64,000 nucleotides of DNA from an uncultured delta proteobacterium (lineage in GTDB: Bacteria > Myxococcota > Myxococcia > Myxococcales > Myxococcaceae): positions 64,001 through 128,000 of the forward strand of contig CAVYSY010000028.1 in NCBI GenBank assembly GCA_963771175.1, read 5' to 3'. A program made the translations under genes and the position numbers. The notes below the pieces were generated by a model. That model ran no database searches. It saw nothing but the letters and a program-made list of their open reading frames with translations, and was not told the origin of the DNA. Below are positions 29,396 through 40,156 of the stretch, in pieces (within the stretch, counting starts at the first letter, position 1; each line of letters begins with the position of its first letter).

Positions 29396-31255
29396 TCAAT
29401 CCGGGAAGCGGCGCCCGGGGGCCTGCACGTACACCGTCACGTAGGCGGCGCTCATGACGGCGGCGTCCCGGCCGCGATACACCACCTTGGACTCATCAAT
29501 TCCGGGCCCATCGGGCGGATCGGCCTCGAACGTCTTCTCTCCGAACTTCGTCATGTCGCGCCAACTGATGAGCGCCGCACAGAGGGGCGTTGGCACGCGG
29601 CCTCGCTCCGGGTAGAGCGCATCGAGGTAGATCCGGTCGAACTGGATGTAGACCCGATCCTCGAACACCTTCAGCTCACCCGCCACCCAGTGGATCTTCC
29701 CATCCGGCAGGTCCATCGAGCCCACCACGGGCCCGCTCCGGACGTTGATGTCGCCTACGCTTCCCTCGGCGCTGACGGGGATGCCCTCCACCTCGACCCG
29801 GGTGATGGGCCCCTTGTCGAACCCCAGCCGTGCGGCCGTCGCGAGAGCCTCGGGAGGGCAGCGCTCCAGGAAGCCGCCGACGTCGGGGCGCACGGGCGCG
29901 CTCGCGCAGCCCACGAGCTGGGATGAGGCGGCACAACACAGCGCGAGGAGTCCTCGCAGGGCTTTCGGTGTGGAGGAGAGCAAGGGGTGACGTCCTTTCT
30001 CGGAAGGCGCCAGCGAGGCCGGCGCGGTGGAAGCCGTGCCGAGGCACTCCACCTCCAGGGCGGACGCGCACACGGTGCGGGCGAGTCCCCACCCTAGCCC
30101 GAGCAGCACCAGCACGAGGACGAGCCCGGCGAGCGCCCTCCTCCACCCCTCGCGACGCCGCACCGCGCCCCTCTCCCCCTCGCCAGAGCCGGCCATTTCG
30201 GAGGCGGCCCGCGCCTCCTGTCCTGGCGGTGGAGGCGAAGGCTCCTCGGCGGGGGGCTCCCGGGGTGGCTCGGACTGTGGCCGGACCTCCTCCACCGGTG
30301 CGACGTCTTTCCCCCGCGCCGTGGGAAAGGCATACGGCGCCGTCCAGCCCTCCGTGCCCCCTTCCCGCTCCAGCATCCGCATCAACTCCTCGTGGACTGC
30401 CCGGGCGCTCGCGGGCCGCTGCCCCGGCTCCTTCGCCAGCAAGCGCATCACCAGCTCGTTCAGCCCCGCTGGTACGCGCGGGTCCAACTGGACGGGCTCC
30501 ACCGGCGGGAGGAACTCGATGGCGAGCAGCAGCTTCTCCGGGGGCAGGCGGGGGTTGAAGGGATGGCAGTCCGTGAGCGCCTCGTAGAGCAGGGCGCCGA
30601 ATGCGTAGAGGTCCACCGAGGGATGGGCGGGGAGGAGCACTCCCTTCTCCCAATCCCCGGCGCGCAGGAAGGCCGCGACCTCGGGGGCCATGTTGTGGAA
30701 CGTCATCGGGGGCAGCGCCTCGGTCAGCGTGTAGGCCCCAGGCAGGGACACCGAGCCGAAGTCGATGAGGAAGGGTTTGTCATCCCCCTCCCTCACCAGG
30801 ACGTTGTCTGCCTTGAGGTCACGGTGGCACACGCCCCGCTCGTGCAGCTCCGCCAGCACCAGCGCCAGCTCGCCCAGCATGCCCACCTGCCGACGCAACG
30901 GCGCGTGCGTCTTCCAGCGCCACGGGTTGAAGGTGGAGCCGGGGACGTACTCCGTGACGAAGAAGAAGTAGCCGCCCTCCAGGTCCGGCCAGCGGCCCAG
31001 CTCGCGGACGGCCAGCAGGTTGGGGTGGTGGAAGTGTCCCAGCGAGACCGCCTCCCGGAAGGTCCGCTCATCCACGCGGGCCTCGTCCCCGCCATCGCCT
31101 CGGGGTCGCGCCGCCATCTTCATGGTGTAGGGCCGCCCCTCGTGCTCCACCTGCAGGACGGTCGCGAAGCCCCCCGTGCCCAGGCGGCGCACCACCCGGT
31201 AGTGCCGCACGGTGTCTCCTGGCTGGAGCAGATCCGGGTGGAAGGACTTCGTCAT
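29396..31255 (-). CDS. Membrane Ser/Thr protein kinase
   Basis: LGTGGFATV, HRDLKADN, DFG, APE, DLYAFG; TM segment and extracytoplasmic C-terminus. Confidence 0.92.
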   Translation of the reverse strand: MTKSFHPDLLQPGDTVRHYRVVRRLGTGGFATVLQVEHEGRPYTMKMAARPRGDGGDEARVDERTFREAVSLGHFHHPNLLAVRELGRWPDLEGGYFFFVTEYVPGSTFNPWRWKTHAPLRRQVGMLGELALVLAELHERGVCHRDLKADNVLVREGDDKPFLIDFGSVSLPGAYTLTEALPPMTFHNMAPEVAAFLRAGDWEKGVLLPAHPSVDLYAFGALLYEALTDCHPFNPRLPPEKLLLAIEFLPPVEPVQLDPRVPAGLNELVMRLLAKEPGQRPASARAVHEELMRMLEREGGTEGWTAPYAFPTARGKDVAPVEEVRPQSEPPREPPAEEPSPPPPGQEARAASEMAGSGEGERGAVRRREGWRRALAGLVLVLVLLGLGWGLARTVCASALEVECLGTASTAPASLAPSEKGRHPLLSSTPKALRGLLALCCAASSQLVGCASAPVRPDVGGFLERCPPEALATAARLGFDKGPITRVEVEGIPVSAEGSVGDINVRSGPVVGSMDLPDGKIHWVAGELKVFEDRVYIQFDRIYLDALYPERGRVPTPLCAALISWRDMTKFGEKTFEADPPDGPGIDESKVVYRGRDAAVMSAAYVTVYVQAPGRRFPD

Positions 31256-32088
31256 GGGAGCAGCCTCGAGTCCTCGAAATGAAAGCTGCGGGGACCGTCC
31301 TCCTCCAGCGTCAAGGCCAGACACCCGGCTCCTTCCGGTACCCACGTGGAAAAGGTGTGGCGTTGCCAGTGCGGCCCGAGCGCGGCGGTGGTGATGCGCA
31401 CGGGAGCCGGGGTTTCCGCGCCCGCCCGAGTTCCCCCGCACCGGGTCTCCAGCCGGACCCGGGAGAGCCGCCAGGGTCGGGAGGTGCGCTGGCGGGTACC
31501 GATGTCCACGGTCACGAAGAGGCGCCGCTCCACCCGCAGCACGGAGTCGACCCGGGCCTGGATGTCGTCGGACTTCTTGAAGGCCCAGCTCTCCCCCGGC
31601 GTGACGAGCTCCATCCTCGGGCGGGTCCCAGGCTCGGGGCTCGCGAGGAGCAGCGGCGTCCCCTCGCTCGCCGTGGCGAGGGACACGCTCACCTGCGCGT
31701 CCACCTCGTCCCGCCGGGTGACGAGCGCCAGCGTCAGGGTGAGGGGCTCGCCCGCCTCCGTCCGCCCCGTCACCGGCAGCAGGAGGCGCTCGCCCTCCGC
31801 CAGGTCGTGCACCAGGACGACCACCAGGGAGTGGAGGCCCATGGGAGCCACCCCGACCCGCTCCCCCAGCTCGGGCGTCAGCAGCGCACGCGGCTCGAGC
31901 AGGCCCTCGAAGTCCACCAGCGTGGAGAAGCGCGCGGCCACGTACAGCACGGGCAGCGCCGCGCCCGGCTGTCCCGCGACGAGCACGGTCCCCTGCCTCG
32001 GCTCCCGTCCGGTGGCCCCCGCCTGGGAGGTGGCCAGCAGGGAGACGAGGAGGACCCAGAGCGGAACCGGCCAGGGACGAGCGTGCAC
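31252..32088 (-). CDS. DUF2381 family exported protein
   Basis: Signal peptide; LYVA...STLVDF, L.EGERL.L.V, EVDAQV; stop overlaps the kinase start. Confidence 0.78.
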   Translation of the reverse strand: MHARPWPVPLWVLLVSLLATSQAGATGREPRQGTVLVAGQPGAALPVLYVAARFSTLVDFEGLLEPRALLTPELGERVGVAPMGLHSLVVVLVHDLAEGERLLLPVTGRTEAGEPLTLTLALVTRRDEVDAQVSVSLATASEGTPLLLASPEPGTRPRMELVTPGESWAFKKSDDIQARVDSVLRVERRLFVTVDIGTRQRTSRPWRLSRVRLETRCGGTRAGAETPAPVRITTAALGPHWQRHTFSTWVPEGAGCLALTLEEDGPRSFHFEDSRLLP

Positions 32089-32355
32089 ACTGCCTCCGTG
32101 AGGAGGGCGGCAGGGTAGAGGAGCCCGCGCACCCGGGCAAGGACTGCTCGACCTTCCCGGTCATCCCGCGACAGGTGACTCCCGGAATCGCGTCTGGAGC
32201 TTCCAAGCCGGCCCAGGCGGATTACTGCGGCATCAGCCAACCCCTTGCATCTCCTTTCTGGTTCCCAATCCATTGGATTGACGAGGGTGCCTGTCTCTCC
32301 GTTTGATTCGAGAACCGCGGTTTCCAGCCCGCGCGATCCGCTGGGGAGGCACCGC

Positions 32356-34552
32356 ATGTCCACCCATCTCTCGCTCCGTGGACACGGGCGGCACCTCGGT
32401 TGGGTCCTCCTGACCCTGGCCGCGCTCGTGCTCCTCGGCGGCTGCGCCACGGGCTCCCCGCGCGGGAGTCTGACGAGCGGCTTCGGCCCGCACTCGCGCT
32501 CCGCCCCGTTGCGCTCCAGCACCGGGCCTCGGCAGTCGGCCGATACTCCGAGGGAGGCGGCGGGAAGCGCCGGCGGTTTCCCCGAGCAGCGAGCGGAGGG
32601 CTCCCCGGTGGCCCCGCTCACCTGCGGAGGGGTGGCCGTACCCCCGGGCTGGCCCGACCTGTCCTCCAGCGACACCGAGGCGCTGCTGGCCCCCTTCCTC
32701 TCGTGCTCCTCGCCCGCGGAATTCATCGCGCTGCAGGAGCGGGTGGACATGCCCCGGCTGGTGGAGAAGCTGGAGGACTCGCGCGCCGTGCGCCTGAGCG
32801 CCCTGGGGCCCGTGCGCGCGGACGCCGCCGCCCTCCTCCACCGCAAGCGCGCCTCCTTCCTCGCCACCGCCACCGAGCGGTATGGCCTCCCCCATGCCGA
32901 GGTGCTCGCCCTCTTCCTCCTGCACTCGGCCCATGACGACGAAGTGCGGGAGGTGCTGCGACTGCTGGCCGGGGACAAGCAACTGGCGCAGACGCTGGGA
33001 CTCATGCCGGCCGTGCGCGCGGAGTTGGAAGCGCGGGGCTTGCCTCTCTCGGACTGGCCGGACCGGGTCGAGCAGGCCGGAGACGTACTGCGGGGCCTGG
33101 GCCGCGCCGCCCGGGACGCCCTGTCCACCAGCCAGCAAAGCGATGGGGCGCGGTACATGGAATTGACGGCCCTCTGGGGGCGGTTGCCGCCCGCCTACCA
33201 GCGGGCCCATCACGAGGTGGAGCGAGCCCTCATGCGAGCGGCACTTCTCCCCGGGCAGCGTGGTGCTGGGCAGCTTCGACTCGATGACGTTCGGCGTGCC
33301 GCTGGGCTTCTACTCCCTGGTGGCCAGCACGGGCCATGGGGCGTACTCGCTGTCCCAGGGGCAGTACGAGCAGGCCACGCGCGAGCTGGCGCCCGCGGCG
33401 CTGCTGGTGGCCCTGTACGCAGGAGGCAAGGGCGTGCGCGCCCTCTCCGTGGCCCGGGGGGTGGAAGGACTCCGAGGGCTCCCGCCTCCAGCGCTGCGCC
33501 TGAAGGCCCTCCAGGAGACGGCGCGGCTGTTGGAAGCGCGGCTGGGCGTGGACGGCCTGCGGGAGCTGGCCCGGGACATCCGCGCCAGCCGGGAGGCGGG
33601 CCATTTCGTGGCCGTGGGGGGAGTGGACGCCGCCCTGGCCCTGCGCGAGGCCCGGGGGGATGTGGCCAGGGCCCAGGCGTGGTTGTCCCAGGCCAGGCCC
33701 GAGCGCGTCGGGCGCCCCGGCGACGCCCCACCTCGAAGAGCGCCCGTGCCGGGAAGTCCCCCGGTGGCCTGTCCTCGCTGGTGGACGAGCAGGCGGGCCT
33801 CACCCCGGAGGTGGTGGAGGCCAAGCTGGCGCGGGTGGAGCTCGACTCCACGGGCCCTCGCCTGTCCCGGGACGTGGCGCGTGCTGGAGAAGCAGCGTCC
33901 CTCCCTCGACGCCCCGCCGCCCGGAGCCCAGGGCAACCCGCGCTGGAGCGAGTACGTCGCCTACTACGAGCAGCGCCTCGCGGAGCGTAAAGCAGGGCAA
34001 GGCAGTCGAGGGGCCTCTGCGGTGGGAGGCCTATGAGCGGATGCGGGGGTGGTTCGCCCGGGGGCTGGCCTTCGAGCGCACCATGGTGGAGTTGCTGCGC
34101 GCCGACGCGGCCCTGCCCCGGGCGCAGCGTCGCTTCCTCGGGGACTTCGACCAGCCCGCGCGTCGAGACCTACGTGGGCGTGAGGAAACCCGAGGCCGGC
34201 CTGCGCTTCGCGGACGTGCTCGTCATCGAGCAGCGGCCACCTCGCCGGACGGCCTCCTCGCGTGGAGACGTTCAGCTTCAAGAGCCGCGACCTCTCGCGG
34301 CTGGAGAAGGAGGCCCTGACGGCGCAGATGAAGGCGGACGCGAGGGAAGCCCTGGGGTATTACGGCGAGACGCTGGACATCCGTCGGCCCTCCCTCCAGT
34401 CCCTTCTCCACGAGGGCAGCAAGATGCCGGTACAGAGGGTCCGCCTCATCTACGAGGGCGGCGACCTCAAGCCCACGAAGGTAAAGGACATGAAGGCAGT
34501 CGTGGGAGAAACCGAAGAAGAGGTTCCGGGAGTGGAGGTGTTGTTCCAATGA
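32356..34552 (+). CDS. Large lipoprotein polymorphic toxin with PD-(D/E)xK-like C-terminus; frameshifted
   Basis: Lipobox LGGC; RGLAFE, RFADVLVIE, ETFSFKSRD; stop overlaps the next gene. Confidence 0.7.
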
Positions 34553-35893
34553 AGGTGCTGGAGCTTCACGATTGAAGGAGGAGGACTGCCTCCGGCTGGA
34601 TCTCGAAGGTGCCTTCGACCAGCAGGCGGCACTGGAGAGCGAGCTGGAGCCCTTCCTCCAGGCGCTCGAGGAGTACGCGGGCGAGTGGATGCCGGACGTC
34701 GTCAACGGCAAGCGGCGACGCAAATACTCCCGCCCTGCCTTCTGGAAGGCCCTGGAGGAGCGGCGCAGCGAAAGAAGCACGAGACATCGGGCTCTATCGC
34801 ACGAAGTGGCCCGCGTTGGACATGTCGCTCTCTCTCTGGTTCCCGCCGCTTCCTCCCAAGCTGGACATCACGCTCAAGGTGCAAGCCGCTCTCCTTCTTC
34901 GCGGAGGCGGAGCGCTGCCGCAAGTTCGTGGAGATGGTGCGCGCCTGGGCCTCTCGCTACCCGGTCTCTCATGCCTCGGCCCACAGCGCTGATGACGCGG
35001 AGTTGGCGGGCTCCCCCGACTTCGGCCGCGATGATGCAGACCTCCATCGCAGAGACGGGTTCGACAAAATCTACGAGGTGTTCTGGCTCAACGTCTTCGG
35101 CCCGAAGCTGGTGGAAACGGTCGGCCGCGAGCGCATGCTGTCCACGCCGGCCTGGCGGGTGGAGGAGTTGCCCAACGGCTCCGTCCTCCTGGTGACGTGG
35201 CCCACCGCCGCGGACTTCGCCAGCGACGAGGCACGAGTCGCCCAGGCCCGCGCCCACGTCCACCTCCGGCCGGACCTGGACTTCGACACCGTGCTGCGCA
35301 CCCTGCGCGAGCGCAGCGCCATGCTCGCCCCCGTGGAGCCCCGCTTCCACCCGGACGTGGCGCCGCTCCTCTCGCGTGTGGTGGACCGCGTCGCCAGTCA
35401 CGAGCGCCAGCGCAGGATCGCCGAATTCAACGCCTGGCAGCCGCCCGAGCCCGAGGAGTGGCTCCCCGCCGACGCCGCCCTACCTCCGGACGTGGAGGAC
35501 CCGGAGCGTGCTCGCGAGCATTACGCCACCCTCGCCGAGCACCTCGTGGCCCTGCTGCACACCGAGGTGCCCTCCGTCTTCGAGGCGACGCCCGAGTCGC
35601 TCACGGACGCCGACTTCTACTTCTGGCGCGAGGACTTCCCGAAGACGCGCCTGCGGGAAGCCATCGACGCGCACGCGGTGCCCGCCATCGGCGCGTACCT
35701 GGGCGAGGTGCTGGTGCGCAACCTCGGCGGCCGGTGGATCCCGCGCCAGAAGCTCGAGGAGGCCCAGGTGCTCGTGGGCAATCGCGTCTGGTTGCCCTTT
35801 GTCCGGGCCCACCGCTACATGCGCTCCCGCCAGTCGCTGCTGGATTTCTCCCTCACCCGGCTCTACCGCGTCGCCGAGCGGCACCGCTCCTGA
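34549..35893 (+). CDS. Probable two-domain immunity protein; frameshifted
   Basis: ATGA-coupled to the toxin; WLNVFGPKLV..VEELPNGSVLL (Imm52/DUF3396-like) and IGAYLGEVLV...GGRW (DUF3806-like). Confidence 0.65.
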
Positions 35894-35988
35894 CCTCCTC
35901 CCCCTGCCCCTTCGAGCGATCGGACAGGAGCCAGCCGAGTAGCCACGAGTGGCCGGACATGACCGGCGAGGTCATCTTCTGGCTACCT

Positions 35989-37754
35989 ATGGCTGACGTC
36001 CACCCATCCCCTCCGGAGAAGTTGCCCCTCAAGGTGTTCCGCGAGGCCGTCGAGGCTCGCCTGGAGGCCTGTTCCCCCGACGAACTGCGCGCCCTCCTCC
36101 GCGCCCTCGCCGGCCGGGTGCGCCCTTCCGAGCGGCTCGCCTTCCTCCACTCCCTCCGCGCTTCCTCGGACTCCGGCGCGAGCGACCCGTTCCGCCAGGA
36201 CGCGCTCCTCGACGACATCTCCGAGCTGTCCCACGCCCTCCCCGAGAAGGCCAGGGACTGGGAGGAGGAGTGGCCCGACGAAGAGGACACCCTCGGCCCC
36301 TACGCGGAGCTCGTCGAGCCCCTCACCGGCCTCTTCGAGCGCGCCCAGGAGGCCTCCGAGCGCGGCCAGTACCGGCTCGCCCGCGAGGCCTACAGCGACC
36401 TCTTCGCGCTCCTCCACTACGAGGACGACCGGGGCCGCGGCCTCCACGCCGAGCACCTCCCGGCCGTGGACCTGCCCGAGGCCCGCGCGCGCTACCTCCG
36501 CGCCGTCTACGTCACCACCCCGCCCCAGCGGCGCGCCCCGTCCTCCTCGAGGAGATGCGTCTCATGCGCGCGCTCCTCCCCCACGCTCCCCGGCCCCTCA
36601 TGCAGGAGTGGCTCGACATCACCTCCGAGCCCCTCCCCGATCGCGAGGCCTTCCTGCGCGACTGGGTCTCCCTCCTCCGCCAGCAGCGAGACCCGGACGC
36701 CGAGGCCTGGCTGCGCGAGGCCATCCGCCTCTCCGAGGGCACGCGCGGCCTGCGCGCGCTCGCCTTCTCCGAGCCCACCCGCCACCCTCGCGCCTTCCTC
36801 GACCTGCTCGCCGCGCTGGAGCGCGAGGGCCCGCCCCAGGAGGTCCTCTCCACCGCCCGCGAGGCCCTCGCGGTGCTGCCCGCCGGCCTGCCCCTGCGCG
36901 CCGCCCTCGCCGACTTCCTCGCCTCGGCGGCCGAGCGGCTCGGGCAGCCCGACCTCGTCCGGGATGCGCGCTGGGAGGCCTTCGTCGCCCGTCCCACCCT
37001 CTCGCGCCTGTTGGATTCGCGGGACTCGCGCCCCTCCGAGCCCGAGCGCGCCCCCGTGCTGCTCCAGGCCGCCCGGCACCTCGAGGACGTCCTCCAGCGA
37101 CCCCGCAAGCCCTCGGGCTCGATGGTGGCCCTCCCCGACACCGCGGAGGAGCTGGAGACTCCCGCCCGCGTCGACCGGCGGCTGCTCGCCCACGCCCGGC
37201 TGCTCGCGCACGACTGGGAGGCCGCCCACGCGCTCGCCGCCACCGAGAGCCCGCTCGGGTGGACGTACGGGGACAACCCCCAGGGCACCGTCGTGCCCCT
37301 CTTCCTCGCCCTCCTCTCGGGCCAGCCGCTCGGCGAATTGCCCCGGAACGTGGCCCGGCTCTGGCAGTGGGGGCTCGAGACCGGCACCCAGGCCGGGGAC
37401 TGGTACGCGGGCGGTGTGCGCCAGGACGTGGCCCTCCAGGAGCGCCTGTCGCGCGCGTATGCCGAGGCCCTCCCCGCCTTCTCCCTGGAGCCCTCGGAGG
37501 AGCAACGGATGCTGGAGTGGTGCCTGGAGGTGGCCCGCAAGCGCGCCAGCACCCTCGTGAGCCGGCAGCGCCGGCGCAGCTACGACAAGGCCGCCGTGCT
37601 GCTCGCCGCCTGTGCCGAGGTGCTGTGGCTGCGCGGCGAGGAGGGGCGCGGCAACGTGCTGCTCGCCGGCTTCCGTGAGAGCTTCCGCCGCTACCGCGCC
37701 TTCCAGGCCGAGCTCGACCAGGCGGTGGGCTCGCCCACTGCCCGACACCCGTGA
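35989..37754 (+). CDS. Conserved helical hypothetical protein; one frameshift near 36535
   Basis: Strong GC3 bias in two abutting frames; C-terminal RRSYDKAA..LAA. Confidence 0.65.
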
Positions 37755-37826
37755 CAGGGCCCCCCTGTGGGCCCGGAATCACTCCGGAGTACGTTGGCCG
37801 ACCCTCTTCACTGAGAGTCCGAGCCC

Positions 37827-39117
37827 ATGCACACCCGGTCCTCGCCGTTCCTCGCCTCGCTCCTGCTCGTGGGAGCCCTCGCTTCCGGCTGCGATTTAAT
37901 CGACAAGCCGTCCCCCCGCCAACAAGGTGCCCGTCCTCGCGGGCGCCGTCGCCACCCCGGCCGAGGTCTCCTCCGGCAACGCCGTGGCCCTGACGCTGGA
38001 CGTCGCGGATCCGGATGGGGACGCGCTCACCTACGCCTGGACGCAGAGCCCCGCCTCGCCCGCGGGCACCTTCAGTGACGCCTCGGCGGCCAACCCCACC
38101 TGGACGGCCCCGGAGGTGACGGGGGAGACGTCCTTCCAGCTCAACGTCGCGGTGGCGGACGAGCGCGGCGGGAGCGCCCGGGGCTCGACGGTGGTGAAGG
38201 TCCTTCCTCCCAGCAACAACGCCGCCCCGGTGCTGAGCGAGGGGCCCACGGCCTCCGCCACCACCACCGATGAGCAACTGGCCGTCACCCTCTCCGTCGC
38301 CGCGACGGACTCGGACGGCGACACGCTCACCTACGCCTGGAGCCAGGAGTCTCCCGCCTCGCCCACCGGCTCCTTCAGCGACGCCGCCTCGACCCATCCC
38401 ACCTGGACGGCCCCGGACGTGGGCGCCACCGGGGCGTACACGCTGCGCGTCACCGTCTCGGACGGCAAGGGCGGCAGCGTCCAGGGCTTCGTCGACATCA
38501 CCGTGCGGAAGATCAACCAGGCGCCCCTCGTGCCCGACACCATCACCGCGCCCGCCTCGCTCAAGGCCGGGGACCTGGCCTCCTTCCAGCTCGCGGCGAG
38601 TGACCCGGACGGCGACACGCTCACCTATACCTGGGAGCAGACGGCTCCGGCCTCGCAGGGCACCTGGTTCTCCGGCCAGGATGCCGCGCTCGCGAAGTGG
38701 TACTCGCCCGTGCTCGCCACCGAGACGTCCTTCACCTTCTCCGTCACCGTCACCGACGGGGAGAGTCCCGCGGTGACTCGCACCGTCACCGTGCCCGTGG
38801 GCGTGCCCGCCTACTCCGACGTCCAGGCCATCTGGGATGCCGCGTGCATCAGCTGCCACAACAACCCCCGGGGGGGCCTCGACCTCCGGGCGAGCACCAG
38901 CTACGCCAGCCTGACCACTCGCGCCACCCAGAATGGCGCGTGCAGCACGTTCAAGATGGTGGAGCCGGGCAACCCGGACGCCTCGGCGCTGGTGAAGAAG
39001 ATAGAGGGCAACTGCGGCACCCTCATGCCCCAGGACAACGCCGCCTACTTCGCGACCCAGAACCCGAACCTCCTGGTGCGCGTGCGCTCGTGGATTCAGG
39101 CGGGCGCCAACCCGTGA
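37827..39117 (+). CDS. Lipoprotein with three PKD/Ig-like domains and a C-terminal c-type cytochrome; one frameshift near 37915
   Basis: Lipobox LASGC; three D.DGD.LTY.W.Q repeats; CISCH...GGLDL...VEPGNP...MP. Confidence 0.8.
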
Positions 39118-39262
39118 GCCCGCGGCGCGCCCTGTCCTCGCGCGCACACTGACGAGCAGTGGACCCAAGCACCGCACTCCCGTGCGCTGTCCTTCGCTGG
39201 CGCAACGGAGCATGACGGCCCCCGGCACGAGGAATGGACCCGCGTGCCAGGGGGAATCCGAC

Positions 39263-40096
39263 ATGGCCGAGACGCGCGGCAGGACTGGGGCTCGCATCCG
39301 TTACGACGACGTGGGACAGGGCGAGCCCGCGTTGCTCTTCATCCCGGGCTGGTGCACCAGCCGCCAGGTGTTCCGCAAGCTCGTCCCCCCGTGCAGCGCC
39401 ATGCACCGGGCGCTCGTCGTGGACCTGCCCGGGCACGGGGACTCGGAGCTGCCCGGCCCCGACTTCGACACCGCCACCCTCGTGGAGCACCTGCGCGCCG
39501 TCATCGACGCCAGTGGCGCGCGCCGGGTGGTGCCGGTGGCCCTCTCCCACGCGGGCTGGTGCGCCATCGAGCTGCGGCGCCAGCTCGGCTCCCGCGTGCC
39601 GGGACTGGTGCTGTTGGACTGGCTCGTGGTGGAGGCCCCGCCTCCCTTCCTCCAGGCAGTGCGCGCCCTCCAGTCTCCCAACTGGAAGCAGGCCCGCGAC
39701 GGGCTCTTCTCCCTGTGGCTCCAGGGCGTGGACTCGCAGGACGTCATCCGCTTCGTCCACGAGGACATGGGCTCCTTCGACCAGGACATGTGGCGCCGCG
39801 CCGGCCGGGAGATCGAAAAGGCCTACGCCCACCACGGCAACCCGCTCCAGGCGCTCGCCAACCTCTCGCCCCCCGTCCCCACCCTCCACCTCTACGCCCA
39901 GCCGGAGGAGCCCGCCTGGCTGGCCGCCCAGCGCTCGTTCGCCTCCTCGTCCCCCTGGTTCCAGGTGCAGAAGCTCCCCACGCACAGCCACTTCCCCACC
40001 CTGGAGGTCCCCGAGGAGATGGCTGTCCGCATCGGCCGGTTCGTCTCTTCCAGCCTGGGCACCCGTCCTGAGGGGTTGGGCTCCCACCCCACTTGA
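39263..40096 (+). CDS. Alpha/beta-hydrolase-fold protein related to Hod/Qdo/AqdC 2,4-dioxygenases
   Basis: PGWC, PVALSHAGW, LDW, LFSLWL, AGREIEKAY..HGNP, HLYAQP, PWF, SHFP. Confidence 0.78.
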   Translation: MAETRGRTGARIRYDDVGQGEPALLFIPGWCTSRQVFRKLVPPCSAMHRALVVDLPGHGDSELPGPDFDTATLVEHLRAVIDASGARRVVPVALSHAGWCAIELRRQLGSRVPGLVLLDWLVVEAPPPFLQAVRALQSPNWKQARDGLFSLWLQGVDSQDVIRFVHEDMGSFDQDMWRRAGREIEKAYAHHGNPLQALANLSPPVPTLHLYAQPEEPAWLAAQRSFASSSPWFQVQKLPTHSHFPTLEVPEEMAVRIGRFVSSSLGTRPEGLGSHPT

Positions 40097-40113
40097 TTCC
40101 AACCCCCTCCCAC

Positions 40114-40139
40114 GGTTAGTTAGTTATCAGTAGCTAACC
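40114..40139. promoter_or_regulatory. Putative TetR operator
   Basis: Imperfect IR GTTAGTTA-TCAG-TAGCTAAC in an AT-rich patch just upstream of tetR. Confidence 0.5.
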
Positions 40140-40156
40140 AATTCCGTGGTGGAGTC

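Noticed and set aside
16100..36000. Prophage or ICE
   Set aside because: No integrase, structural, replication or conjugation genes are recognisable
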